DNA of 64,000 bases from Candidatus Caldatribacterium sp. (GTDB lineage Bacteria > Atribacterota > Atribacteria > Atribacterales > Caldatribacteriaceae): positions 9,515 through 73,514 of the forward strand of contig JAPWUU010000002.1 in NCBI GenBank assembly GCA_028275365.1. The letters are read 5' to 3'. The notes beneath the pieces were generated by a model, which was given only the letters and a program-made list of their open reading frames with translations, searched no databases and was not told the DNA's origin. The translations under genes were made by a program, and so were the position numbers. Of this stretch, positions 44,369 through 54,005 are shown piece after piece; within the stretch, counting starts at the first letter, position 1, and every line of letters begins with the position of its first letter.

Positions 44369-45400
44369 ATGATTTTCTACATCCTTCGGCGTCTCCTTTT
44401 TCTCCCTCTGACGCTTTTTGGGATTTCTCTCCTCATTTTCCTCATGATCGGTTTTCTTGGTCCGTACCAGCGCCTGGCTACCTTCATTAACAGTCCTGAG
44501 CGTCTGAAGGGGGCCGATGTGGACAAGCTCGTCGAGCTCTACGGGCTCAACGACCCGCTGATTATCCAGTACGGTCGATGGCTGAAGAACGTCCTCCGGG
44601 GAAACCTCGGGTGGTCCTACGTGGGGAAGGAACCGGTGCTCTCAGCCATCCTCAAGCGTTTTCCGTACACCCTGGAGCTCACCCTTTTCGCCGCCATCCC
44701 CATCATCTTCCTCGGAACGTCTCTTGGAGTTCTCGCAGCACTCAACCATAACAAGCCCCTGGACCACGGATTGCGCATTTTTGCCGTTGTTGGATGGTCC
44801 TTCCCCGATTTTGTTTTCGGACTCTTTGTCCTCATGATTTTCTACGGCACGCTGGGGTGGTTCCCACCAGGAAACCTGAGTGTCTGGGCCGAGGAAATTG
44901 TCAAATCCCCGCATTTCCGGAATTTCACCGGGATGCTCACCCTTGATGCCCTTCTCAACGGGCGGTTTGATGTGTTTCTCGATGCACTGCGGCACCTCGC
45001 CGGGCCGGTGCTCACCCTGACATATGTGGAGTTTGCCTTCCTCCTCAGGATTACCCGTTCCTCCATGCTTGAGGTGCTTCGCAAAGAGTACGTTCGAACG
45101 GCCCGGGCGAAAGGCCTTGATGAGCGTGTGGTCATTCACAAGCATGCGAAGAGAAACGCCCTTATTCCGGTGGCCACGGTGTCTGGCCAGACGGTGATCG
45201 GGCTCCTTGCCGGAACAGTCATTGTGGAGACGATTTTCAACCGGACCGGCCTTGGAAGCTTCATTGCCCTCGCATCGCAACAGCTCGATTACGCTTCCAT
45301 TATGGGTGGAAGCCTCTTTTTCGGTCTCATCTTGGTCATTGGGAACCTCTGTGTGGATCTCTCCTACGCCTTGATCGACCCAAGAGTGAGGCTTGAGTGA
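44369..45400 (+). CDS. Opp/Dpp ABC permease (OppB/DppB-like)
   Basis: YILRRLL, GNLGWS, RSSMLEVL..EYVRTARAKGL, ETIF, IDPRVR. Confidence 0.93.
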   Translation: MIFYILRRLLFLPLTLFGISLLIFLMIGFLGPYQRLATFINSPERLKGADVDKLVELYGLNDPLIIQYGRWLKNVLRGNLGWSYVGKEPVLSAILKRFPYTLELTLFAAIPIIFLGTSLGVLAALNHNKPLDHGLRIFAVVGWSFPDFVFGLFVLMIFYGTLGWFPPGNLSVWAEEIVKSPHFRNFTGMLTLDALLNGRFDVFLDALRHLAGPVLTLTYVEFAFLLRITRSSMLEVLRKEYVRTARAKGLDERVVIHKHAKRNALIPVATVSGQTVIGLLAGTVIVETIFNRTGLGSFIALASQQLDYASIMGGSLFFGLILVIGNLCVDLSYALIDPRVRLE

Positions 45401-46281
45401 TGCGGGAAGAGACAAGGAAAGCGCTTCGGCGACTCTTTTCCAATGCTTCCGGAGTTCTGGGTGTTGTCCTTCTCGGGCTTTTTGTCATCGTGGCGCTCTT
45501 CGCCCCTCTCCTTGCTCCTCCAAAGCCCGGGCGGGATCCATACTTCATGCCTGTGGTGACCTGGAGTGCCGATCCCCTTCCCCCCTCTCGGGAGCATCCG
45601 TTTGGTGTTGCCGGGAAACGGGACATTTTCTATGGTGTTGTGTGGGGGACGCGTACGGCCTTCCGTATCGGCATCCTCGTAACCCTTGCTTCAACAGCCA
45701 TCGGGCTTTTTGTGGGGTCTCTTGCCGGGTACTTTGGAAGGATTCTCGATGAGATCCTCATGCGGGTGACGGATGTTTTTATGGCCATTCCTTTCCTTGT
45801 GGCTGCCATGGTGCTCACCACGGTCCTCGGCACGGGACTTGATAAGGTGATGATTGCCCTCATTGTGTTCAGCTGGATGTATCCTGCCCGTCTCATCCGG
45901 GGGAATATCCTCCAGGTCAAGGAGGAGCAGTTTATCCTGGCCGCAAAGTCCCTGGGAGTGAGCGATACGCTCATTATCCTCCGCCACGTTCTCCCCAATG
46001 CCATTTTTCCCGTGCTCATTCAGGCTTCCATGCGCATGGGGTCTTTAGTCATCACGGCGGCAGCGCTGAGTTTCCTTGGTCTTGGGGCACCCCAGGGGTA
46101 TGCTGACTGGGGGGCACTCCTCAATTACGCCCGGAACTGGATGCTTGGGGGATATGGGGCCACGTTCAAGTACTGGTACATGATCGCCTTCCCCGGAGGG
46201 GCTATGGTGCTTTTTGTGCTCGCTTGGAATCTTCTGGGTGATGCCCTGCGGGATGCCTTTGACCCGCGCCTGCGGTGGTGA
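45397..46281 (+). CDS. Opp/Dpp ABC permease (OppC/DppC-like)
   Basis: HPFG, FILAAKSLG, RHVLPN, LSFLGLG, GDALRDAFDPR. Confidence 0.93.
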   Translation: MMREETRKALRRLFSNASGVLGVVLLGLFVIVALFAPLLAPPKPGRDPYFMPVVTWSADPLPPSREHPFGVAGKRDIFYGVVWGTRTAFRIGILVTLASTAIGLFVGSLAGYFGRILDEILMRVTDVFMAIPFLVAAMVLTTVLGTGLDKVMIALIVFSWMYPARLIRGNILQVKEEQFILAAKSLGVSDTLIILRHVLPNAIFPVLIQASMRMGSLVITAAALSFLGLGAPQGYADWGALLNYARNWMLGGYGATFKYWYMIAFPGGAMVLFVLAWNLLGDALRDAFDPRLRW

Positions 46282-47273
46282 AGGAACCCGTGCTTCTTGA
46301 AGTTCGCAACCTCAAGGTGTACTTTCGAAATGACGAAGGTCTGGAACTCCGGGCGGTTGACGGGGTGAGTTTCACCGTTCCTCCTGGGAAAACGGTGGCG
46401 CTGGTTGGGGAGTCAGGATGCGGGAAGAGCGTGACGGCTCTGGCCATCCTGCGTCTTGTGGAGGCCAACGGGCGTATCGCTGGCGGGGAAGTGCTCTTTG
46501 AGGGAAAGAATCTCCTGGCCCTTTCGGAGCGGGAAATGCAGAGGGTTCGGGGGAAAGAGATTGCCATCATTTTCCAGGAACCCTCTGCAGCCTTGAACCC
46601 TGTGTACACCGTGGGGGAACAGATTGTAGAAGCTATCCTTCTCCACCAGTCTGTGTCTCGGGAGAAAGCCCGTGCTCTGGCGGAGGAAATGCTCCACCTT
46701 GTGGGCATTCCCGAACCCAGGAAGCGCCTGAATGAGTACCCTCATGAGCTCTCCGGGGGTATGAAACAGCGGGCCATGATTGCCATGGCGCTTTCCTGTC
46801 GGCCGAAATTGCTCATTGCCGATGAGCCTACCACCTCCCTTGACGTTACCATTCAGGCGCAGATTCTCGAGCTCCTCCGGGAGCTCCAGAGGCAGATTGG
46901 CATGGCGATACTCCTCATCACCCATGACCTTGGCATTGTTGCCGATATGGCGGACGAGGTTGTGGTCATGTACGCCGGGAAAGTGGTGGAACGGGGAACA
47001 AAGTACGATATTTTCAAACGTTGCCGCCATCCGTACACGCTCGGGCTTCTGCGCTCTGTGCCCCGTCTCGATGTGGACGAAAACGCCCTTGCGAGCATTC
47101 CGGGGTTTGTGCCGGATCCCCTCCATTTTCCCGAAGGGTGTCGGTTTCGGGGTCGCTGTTTCCTGGAAGATGAGACCTGTGCCACGGAGCCTCCGGAGGT
47201 TGCTCTTGGTGACGGGCACGTGGTGTACTGCCATCATGCTGCGCTCTCCGAGGTGTGCCATGGGGAACGGTGA
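46275..47273 (+). CDS. Opp/Dpp ABC ATPase (OppD-like)
   Basis: GESGCGKS, YPHELSGGMKQR, DEPT, HPYT, C-terminal Cys motif. Confidence 0.94.
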   Translation: MVKEPVLLEVRNLKVYFRNDEGLELRAVDGVSFTVPPGKTVALVGESGCGKSVTALAILRLVEANGRIAGGEVLFEGKNLLALSEREMQRVRGKEIAIIFQEPSAALNPVYTVGEQIVEAILLHQSVSREKARALAEEMLHLVGIPEPRKRLNEYPHELSGGMKQRAMIAMALSCRPKLLIADEPTTSLDVTIQAQILELLRELQRQIGMAILLITHDLGIVADMADEVVVMYAGKVVERGTKYDIFKRCRHPYTLGLLRSVPRLDVDENALASIPGFVPDPLHFPEGCRFRGRCFLEDETCATEPPEVALGDGHVVYCHHAALSEVCHGER

Positions 47274-48261
47274 GGTCTTGCTCCGTGTTGAGAACCTCAA
47301 GAAGTACTTCCCCCTCCGGGCAGGGGTTTTCAAAAAGGTTGTGGGATGGATCCGGGCGGTAGACGGGGTGAGCTTTGAGGTCTTTTCGGGGGAGACCCTT
47401 GGAATTGTGGGGGAATCGGGGTGCGGGAAGAGCACGCTCGGGATGACCATCCTCAGGCTCCTTGAACCGACAGAAGGACGAATCTTCTTTGCCGGACAGG
47501 ATATCACCAGGCTTCCCCCTGCGAAGCTACGGCCCATTCGCAAGGACATGCAGATGATTTTTCAGGATCCCTTCAGTTCCCTCAACCCCCGCATGACCAT
47601 CCAGGCCATCCTCGAGGAGGGGCTCAGGGTACACCGTGTTGTTCCCCGGGATGCCATGCAGAAAGAGGTGGAGATGCTCCTTGAACGGGTCGGTCTTTCC
47701 CGGGACTACGTCCGCCGTTTCCCTCATGAGTTCTCCGGGGGACAGAGGCAGCGCATCAGCATCGCCCGGGCTATTGCCCTTCGTCCCCGCCTGGTGATTG
47801 CCGATGAAGCCCTTTCGTCCCTTGATGTCTCTGTACGGGCTCAGGTACTCAACCTCCTCCAAGAGCTGAAGAGGGAATACTCCCTCACTTACCTCTTCAT
47901 TTCCCATGACCTTGCCGTGGTTCGGCAGATTTCCCACCGGATTCTCGTCATGTACCTTGGAAAGGTGGTGGAACTGGCTCCAAAAGAAGCCTTTTTTGCC
48001 CGTCCCCTCCATCCCTACTCCGTAGCGCTGATTTCCGCCGTTCCCATACCTGACCCGGGTGTCCGAAAGGTCCGCATCATCCTGAGTGGTGACGTGCCAA
48101 GCCCTCTCCATCCCCCTTCAGGATGCCGTTTCCACACTCGCTGTCCCAGAGCCCAAGAGATTTGTGCGATGACCGAACCGCCTCTCCTTGAGGTAGAGCC
48201 GGGCCATTTTGTGGCCTGCCACTTCCCCGGAAGCCTTACCCTGGAAGGGACAAGTGGATAG
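47260..48261 (+). CDS. Opp/Dpp ABC ATPase (OppF-like)
   Basis: GESGCGKS, FPHEFSGGQRQR, HPYS, GCRFHTRCP; start ATG 47260. Confidence 0.94.
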   Translation: MGNGEVLLRVENLKKYFPLRAGVFKKVVGWIRAVDGVSFEVFSGETLGIVGESGCGKSTLGMTILRLLEPTEGRIFFAGQDITRLPPAKLRPIRKDMQMIFQDPFSSLNPRMTIQAILEEGLRVHRVVPRDAMQKEVEMLLERVGLSRDYVRRFPHEFSGGQRQRISIARAIALRPRLVIADEALSSLDVSVRAQVLNLLQELKREYSLTYLFISHDLAVVRQISHRILVMYLGKVVELAPKEAFFARPLHPYSVALISAVPIPDPGVRKVRIILSGDVPSPLHPPSGCRFHTRCPRAQEICAMTEPPLLEVEPGHFVACHFPGSLTLEGTSG

Positions 48262-48863
48262 GTCCACAGAGATCTGCAGGAGGTAAGGCAAAAAGGGAGA
48301 AGAACCGTATTCTGACTCAGTGTCGAAAAATTCAAGAGAAGAAAGGCCCTGCACTGTATAAGAGGAGCACAAAGGGAACAGGGATGCTCCAGGCATGTTC
48401 TGGGAATCCTCCACCTTTTGAGCTTCCTCTCAAGGAATGCCATCGCTAAGCTCGCTCAAGCCCATGGACTCTCCTTGCGGTGGGCCTATTCCTCCCTCCA
48501 TTTGAGGGTATTCCTCGAGGAACTCCGAAAGGTCCCCCCTTTCCCGCTCAAACCCCAAGGTACTGGAGGGCGTTGATGCTCTGGGGAATTTGAGAGTCCT
48601 TGCAAGAATGCGTATCACGCTCTTCGTCCTTCCTCCAGGGTCTCCCATATCCGTGGAATGGTGGAACGGTGCAACCGGACCTTCCGGGAAGTTCTCTCTG
48701 TCCTCCAGGGAGGTGGATCGTGACCCCATGAATTCCCCCACCTCAAAAGGTGGACTGAAAGGTGTATAATCGGAGAAGACCGCACTGGAGCGTGAGGGAG
48801 AGGAGCCTTGGGAGCTGAGAGATACTGGTTTCTCGAGTGTCCCACATGATGTGGACCTCTACA
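48255..48863 (+). mobile_element. Decayed, internally deleted IS481-like element with transposase pseudogene
   Basis: Frameshifted integrase-core fragments FLEELRK, GEFE..CK, ITLFVLPP, GMVERCNRTFRE, YNRRRPHWS; imperfect terminal IRs TGGATAGGTCCACA / TGTAGAGGTCCACA (12/14). Confidence 0.78.
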
Positions 48864-48868
48864 GCGAG

Positions 48869-48897
48869 TTGACGAACCTTGGAGAATATGGTATTTT
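48869..48897 (+). promoter_or_regulatory. Sigma70-type promoter for infC-rpmI-rplT
   Basis: TTGACG, 17 nt, TATTTT with extended -10 TG. Confidence 0.6.
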
Positions 48898-48936
48898 TTT
48901 CTACCGTCTACAAAGGCTTGTGAGGAGGCGATTCGT

Positions 48937-49446
48937 ATCGAGTTACGGTATCGAGTGAACCACCAGATCGGGGCGCGGGAAGTGCGGTTGATTTCGCCTG
49001 AGGGGCATCAGATTGGCATTGTTCCTCTTAAGAAAGCGTTGCAGATGGCGGAAGAAGCAGGACTTGATCTCGTTGAAGTTGGCCCCAATGCCAACCCTCC
49101 GGTGTGCAAGATTATGGATTGGGGGAAGTTCAGGTATGAGCGGGAGAAGAAAGCCAAGCTCTCCCGCAAGAAGCAAAAGGCTTCAGAGCTCAAGGAACTC
49201 ACCATGCGCCCCAAGATTGACGAGCATGACTACCAGGTCAAGCTCCGGAATGCCCTCCGGTTCCTTCAGGAAGGTAACAGGGTGAAGGTGATCATCCGGT
49301 TTCGGGGAAGAGAAGCGGCATTTCAGGATCGGGGGCATGAGCTCCTCCGGAGAGTCATCGAGGACCTGAAAGACGTGGGAAAGGTGGAACAGGATATAAA
49401 GAGCGAAGGGTCGAGCCTTACGGTCACTCTGGCACCGAAGAAGTGA
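48937..49446 (+). CDS. infC: Translation initiation factor IF-3 (probable ATC start)
   Basis: VNHQIGAREVRLI, LDLVEV, PPVCKIMD, RPKIDEHD, FRGRE; GGAGG lies 8 nt before in-frame ATC. Confidence 0.95.
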   Translation: MELRYRVNHQIGAREVRLISPEGHQIGIVPLKKALQMAEEAGLDLVEVGPNANPPVCKIMDWGKFRYEREKKAKLSRKKQKASELKELTMRPKIDEHDYQVKLRNALRFLQEGNRVKVIIRFRGREAAFQDRGHELLRRVIEDLKDVGKVEQDIKSEGSSLTVTLAPKK

Positions 49447-49461
49447 GGAGGACGGGAAACC

Positions 49462-49659
49462 ATGCCGAAGATGAAGACACACAGAGGGGCGGCAAAGCGT
49501 TTCAAAATCACCGCTCACGGGAAGATCAAGAGGTCCCAGGCAGGAAAGTCACACCTTCTTGCCCATAAGGAACGGAAACGAAAACGGAGACTCCGCAAGA
49601 CCATCGTTCTGACTCCTGTGGAGGCGAAGCGAATCAAGAGTTTACTCCCTTATGCATGA
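49462..49659 (+). CDS. rpmI: 50S ribosomal protein L35
   Basis: [15 protein letters not shown]. Confidence 0.97.
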   Translation: MPKMKTHRGAAKRFKITAHGKIKRSQAGKSHLLAHKERKRKRRLRKTIVLTPVEAKRIKSLLPYA

Positions 49660-49671
49660 GAGGTGGCGCAC

Positions 49672-50025
49672 ATGTCGCGGGTAAAGACCAATGTTGCCTC
49701 GCGCGAGAGAAAAAAGAAAATTATGAGGATGGCCAAGGGGTACCGGGGTGCCCGTTCTCGGGCCTACCGGAGAGCAAAGGAACAGGTCATCCGCTCTCTG
49801 GCGTACGCATATCGTGACCGACGGAACCGCAAGCGGGATTTTCGTCGATTGTGGATTCTCCGTATCAATGCCGCAGTGCGGAACGAAGGCATGACGTATA
49901 GCCAGTTCATGGGTGCTCTGAAGAAAGCCGGGGTTCTCGTGAATCGGAAGAGACTTGCACAGCTCTCCATCGAGGATCCTGAAGCCTTCCGGGAGCTTGT
50001 TCAGATTGCTCTGGCTCATCGATGA
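49672..50025 (+). CDS. rplT: 50S ribosomal protein L20
   Basis: MSRVK, AKGYRG, YAYRDRR..RDFRRLWILRINAA. Confidence 0.98.
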   Translation: MSRVKTNVASRERKKKIMRMAKGYRGARSRAYRRAKEQVIRSLAYAYRDRRNRKRDFRRLWILRINAAVRNEGMTYSQFMGALKKAGVLVNRKRLAQLSIEDPEAFRELVQIALAHR

Positions 50026-50062
50026 CCCTCGGAGAGTCTTCGTAACCTGAGGGTGGAAGAGC

Positions 50063-51082
50063 ATGATTGAGGAAATAGAGGAGTATCTTCGTGACTTTGA
50101 AGGAGAACTGGCCCAGGTCCTGACGAGGGATGACCTGAACCGGGTGAAGGGGAAGTATGCCGGGCGCAAAAGCCGGATTCCCCTTTTCCTGGAACGGTTG
50201 AAGACCTTACCTCTTGAAGAGCGGAGAATTGTTGGACGGCGGCTCAACGAGGTCAAGGTGCTCATTGAAGAGCGCCTCAGGGAGAAGGAGGCGGAACTCT
50301 CCCGGAGGGAACAAAAGCGAGAGCCTGTCGACTTCAGCCTTCCAGGGCGAAGACATCCTCTGGGAGCCTTCCATCCTCTGCGCCTAGTTGTGGACGAAAT
50401 TATCGCCATTTTCCGCTCCCTGGGGTTTCGCGTGGAAGAGGGGCCGGAGATTGAGACCGAGCTTTACAACTTCGAAGCCCTGAACATCCCTGCTGATCAC
50501 CCTGCCCGGGATGCCCAGGATTCCTTTTACCTCGGAGGTGGTTTCCTCCTGCGAACGCATACCTCCCCTGCCCAAATACGGGTTATGAAGAAGCTCACAC
50601 CTCCCTTTCGGGTTATTGTCCCCGGGCGGTGTTACCGTCGGGATGCCTTTGATGCCACCCACAGTCCTGTGTTCCACCAGGTTGAGGGGCTTGTGGTAGC
50701 ACCGGGAATTTCCATGGGGGACCTCAAGGGAACCATTGAGGTTTTTGCCCGTCGCCTCTTCGGCGAAAGGCGAAAGGTTCGTTTCCGCCCCAGCTATTTC
50801 CCCTTCACCGAACCGAGTGCGGAGGTGGATATTTCCTGTGGCATCTGTCAGGGGGCAGGATGCCGGTCCTGTGGGGGGCGGGGATGGCTTGAGATTATGG
50901 GAGCCGGTCTTGTGCATCCCCAGGTGTTCCGCAACGTGGGATACGATCCGGAGAAGGTTCAGGGGTTTGCATTTGGTATGGGCGTGGAGCGGATCGCCAT
51001 GTTGAAATTTGGCATTCCTGACATCCGGTGGTTCTTTGAGAACGACGTTGCGTTTTTGAGTGCTTTCAAGGGTCTGGGGTAG
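50063..51082 (+). CDS. pheS: Phenylalanine-tRNA ligase alpha subunit
   Basis: HPARDAQD, LRTHTS, FHQVEG, YFPFTEP, GFAFGMGVER. Confidence 0.98.
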   Translation: MIEEIEEYLRDFEGELAQVLTRDDLNRVKGKYAGRKSRIPLFLERLKTLPLEERRIVGRRLNEVKVLIEERLREKEAELSRREQKREPVDFSLPGRRHPLGAFHPLRLVVDEIIAIFRSLGFRVEEGPEIETELYNFEALNIPADHPARDAQDSFYLGGGFLLRTHTSPAQIRVMKKLTPPFRVIVPGRCYRRDAFDATHSPVFHQVEGLVVAPGISMGDLKGTIEVFARRLFGERRKVRFRPSYFPFTEPSAEVDISCGICQGAGCRSCGGRGWLEIMGAGLVHPQVFRNVGYDPEKVQGFAFGMGVERIAMLKFGIPDIRWFFENDVAFLSAFKGLG

Positions 51083-51085
51083 CAT

Positions 51086-53446
51086 ATGCGCGTCTCATAT
51101 CGGATTCTCAAACGATTCCTTCCCGAACTCTCTCTTCGTCCCGAAGAGGTTGCCGAGGTTTTCATGAACCAGGGGTTTGTGATGGAGGAGGTTCTTTCGG
51201 CGCGGGACCTCTTTTGCTCCCCTTTACTTGCCGGTACCCTTGTGGAGGCACATCGCGAGGGTCTGCTGACCCGCTGCACGGTGAAGCTCGGAGAACGCAC
51301 CTTCCGGGTTCTGGTTCACACTTCCGGTGTTCCGGAGACGGGAAGCAGGGTCCTTGTGGGGTTTGAAGACCATACGCCGTCTTTTCTCCCCGTGCGGGGG
51401 GAAAGAGCGAGGGAGATCCTTGATTTCCTCCTACCTCTTCCTCCGTTCCTTGAAGAGGGTGATGACGTTTACGAGGCCCTCATTGGTGATGATGTGGTTT
51501 TCGAAGTTGAGGTTACCGCAAACCGTGGGGATTGCCTCTCGGTTCTGGGACTGGCTCGGGAGCTTGCAGCCCACTGCGATATTCCCCTGGTGTTCCCTGA
51601 GGCGCGCTACACCGAGAAACCCATCCACCATGGTTTTCGTCTTGAAAACGAGGCACCGCACCTCTGTCCGCTGTACACCGGAAGGTACGTCACTGCAATT
51701 ACTGTGCGACCCTCACCGTTCTGGATAGCCAAGGAACTCATCCTCATGGGTATGCGACCCATCAACAACGTTGTGGATATCACGAATCTCGTCATGCTTG
51801 AGATGGGGCAGCCACTCCATGCCTTTGATGCTGCCCGCATTCGGGGGAATCTCGTCCGTGTTCGTGAGGCAGAAGAAGGCGAGTGTCTCGTTACCCTCGA
51901 TGGGGAAGAGAGGATGCTCAGAAAGGGCATGCTCCTCATTGCCGATGCGGATCGTCCCATCGCCCTTGCCGGGGTCATGGGAGGACGGGATACCGAGGTG
52001 GGGCCAGAGACGAAGGAGATCTTCCTGGAGGCGGCCTTCTTTGACCGTGTTTCCGTTCGGAGAACGGCCAGGGCTTTGGGGATGCGAACGGAGGCATCGG
52101 CGCGCTTTGAGCGGGGTGTTGACCCCCTGGGGGTGATGCGGGCAGCATCCCGAGCACTTGCGCTTTTGGAGGAAATGGGAGGGGAAGTGGCTTCGGGGTG
52201 GCTTGTGAGCGGCCAGCCACCCTTCGCGGTGTGGGAAATTTCGGTACCATGGGAACTCGTTGTGCAGCGGCTCTCCTGCGAGGTTCCTCAAAAAGAGGGC
52301 ATTCGTATCCTTGAGCGGCTTGGTTTTCAGGTCGCTCAGGAAGGAGAGACCCTGCGTGTTCGTGTACCGAGCTGGCGTCCCGATGTGCGGGAACCTATTG
52401 ATGTTGTTGAGGAGGTGGGAAGGGTTTACGGGTACGGGAAGATTCGTTCCTCTTTCCCCTCCTTTCCCTTTGATCCCGGGAATGTTCCCCGGGGGGAATC
52501 CCTGGAAAATCGGATTCGAGCGCATCTTGCCCATCGCGGTCTTTACGAGGTGGTAACGCTTTCCCTGGTTGAGGAGGAAAGCGTGAACGTGCTTGGCTTT
52601 GGAGGAGAGGAGCGTGTTGTGGTACTGAACCCCCTTTCCCAGGAACACGCTGTCCTCCGTCCTTTCCTTTTCCCAAGCCTCTTTGAGGTTGTGCGGACCA
52701 ATGCCCGGCGGGGCAGGAGGAGCAGGGGGTTTTTCGAGGTCGGCAAGGTGTTTTTCCGAAAGGAAGGGAATTTCCGGGAAGAAAAGCGTCTGGGTATCAT
52801 TCTCTGGAATGTTCCTCAACCTGCCCTGTGGAAGGAGGACCCTGTGGACCTCTTTACCCTGAAGGGGTTCCTTGAGGAGATAGGAGAGCTTGCGGGTACA
52901 GGGTGCGGGGCTGTTTGCCCTGGGAGGGTTTTCCCGGTTTTTGAGGAGGATGGAGCTTTCGTGGCATCTTCTCCTGAGGGGGGTGCAGAACCCATCGGGT
53001 GGGGTGGAAAGGTTCTCCCCGCTTTCCTGCGCAGGCACGATGTTGAGGGGGAAGTGTACTATCTCGAAATCCGCCTTGAGGGTCTTGCCGCTTGGGGGCA
53101 GGACCTTCCGGCAAAGGATTTTGTCCTGCCTGCTTTTCCTGCTGTTTCCCGAGACATTTCAGTGGTTGTGGATGCATCCACTCCCTGGGCTTTTGTGGCG
53201 TCGCTCGTTGCTGAGGAAGCAAAGCGCAGCTGCATGGCCCTTGAGGAGTTTGCCCTCTTCGACGTGTTTTCCGGTGATCCCCTCCCACCTGGGAAGAAGG
53301 GATTCGCCTTTCGTCTTGTGTTCCGAGCTCCGGACCGGACCCTTGAGGATGAGGAGGTCGGGAGATGGGTGCAGAAGCTCAAGGAGAGTCTGAAGCAGAC
53401 GGGGAGGGTGGTGTTACGGGAAGAGATGATTCTCTCCCATGAGTGA
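51086..53446 (+). CDS. pheT: Phenylalanine-tRNA ligase beta subunit
   Basis: TANRGDCLS, RPINNVVD, GQPLHAFD, RFERGVD, DVVEEVGR.YGY, RDIS..RTL anticodon-binding domain. Confidence 0.95.
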   Translation: MRVSYRILKRFLPELSLRPEEVAEVFMNQGFVMEEVLSARDLFCSPLLAGTLVEAHREGLLTRCTVKLGERTFRVLVHTSGVPETGSRVLVGFEDHTPSFLPVRGERAREILDFLLPLPPFLEEGDDVYEALIGDDVVFEVEVTANRGDCLSVLGLARELAAHCDIPLVFPEARYTEKPIHHGFRLENEAPHLCPLYTGRYVTAITVRPSPFWIAKELILMGMRPINNVVDITNLVMLEMGQPLHAFDAARIRGNLVRVREAEEGECLVTLDGEERMLRKGMLLIADADRPIALAGVMGGRDTEVGPETKEIFLEAAFFDRVSVRRTARALGMRTEASARFERGVDPLGVMRAASRALALLEEMGGEVASGWLVSGQPPFAVWEISVPWELVVQRLSCEVPQKEGIRILERLGFQVAQEGETLRVRVPSWRPDVREPIDVVEEVGRVYGYGKIRSSFPSFPFDPGNVPRGESLENRIRAHLAHRGLYEVVTLSLVEEESVNVLGFGGEERVVVLNPLSQEHAVLRPFLFPSLFEVVRTNARRGRRSRGFFEVGKVFFRKEGNFREEKRLGIILWNVPQPALWKEDPVDLFTLKGFLEEIGELAGTGCGAVCPGRVFPVFEEDGAFVASSPEGGAEPIGWGGKVLPAFLRRHDVEGEVYYLEIRLEGLAAWGQDLPAKDFVLPAFPAVSRDISVVVDASTPWAFVASLVAEEAKRSCMALEEFALFDVFSGDPLPPGKKGFAFRLVFRAPDRTLEDEEVGRWVQKLKESLKQTGRVVLREEMILSHE

Positions 53447-54005
53447 CTGGTACACCCTGCTGTGTTTTGGTATTCTCGTTCTTAACGCGGTGCGCAGTGC
53501 GCTTCGGGGATTCAGCAAGGAATTCCTGGTGTTTGTTGGGCTTGTGGTTGGTCTTCTCCTTGGCCTCCGGTACTTCCCTGCGATCAGTGGGTTTTTCCAC
53601 ACCCGTTTTGGATGGCAGAGTCCCTGGCTTGGGGTTATCGGGTTCCTCCTCGTTTTCCTTCCTACGGTGATGGTGTTTTCCTCCTTTGGTCTTCGTCTGC
53701 GCCGGGTCTTTGAGCACCTCGACATCCTCTGGGTTGATGCTCTCCTTGGGTTTTTTGTGGGGCTTTTGAAGGGCATGCTCTGGATTCTCGTCATCACAGT
53801 GTTTGTAGCCAATGTGGCGTACCTCGGTTTCCTTGAGGAAGGTATTGCTCGTTCCCGGTTTTACCAGGATTGCACATTGCCTGCCATTCGCTCTGTAGAG
53901 CATTTTGCCTCCCAGTTCCCCCAGATTGCCTTTTTACGGCCATGGCTTGAGAAAGGAGCATCCATAGGCGGTGGAGGTTCCAAAGAGCACCCTGGCGAGC
54001 TTTGA
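53439..54005 (+). CDS. CvpA family membrane protein
   Basis: RGFSKE, four hydrophobic segments, DALLGFFVGLLKG; pheT-cvpA-mutS2 synteny. Confidence 0.85.
   Translation: MSDWYTLLCFGILVLNAVRSALRGFSKEFLVFVGLVVGLLLGLRYFPAISGFFHTRFGWQSPWLGVIGFLLVFLPTVMVFSSFGLRLRRVFEHLDILWVDALLGFFVGLLKGMLWILVITVFVANVAYLGFLEEGIARSRFYQDCTLPAIRSVEHFASQFPQIAFLRPWLEKGASIGGGGSKEHPGEL

Noticed and set aside
48430-48845. Short minus-strand ORFs (103 aa, 76 aa) in the oppF-infC gap
   Set aside because: Better explained as antisense to the decayed + strand transposase
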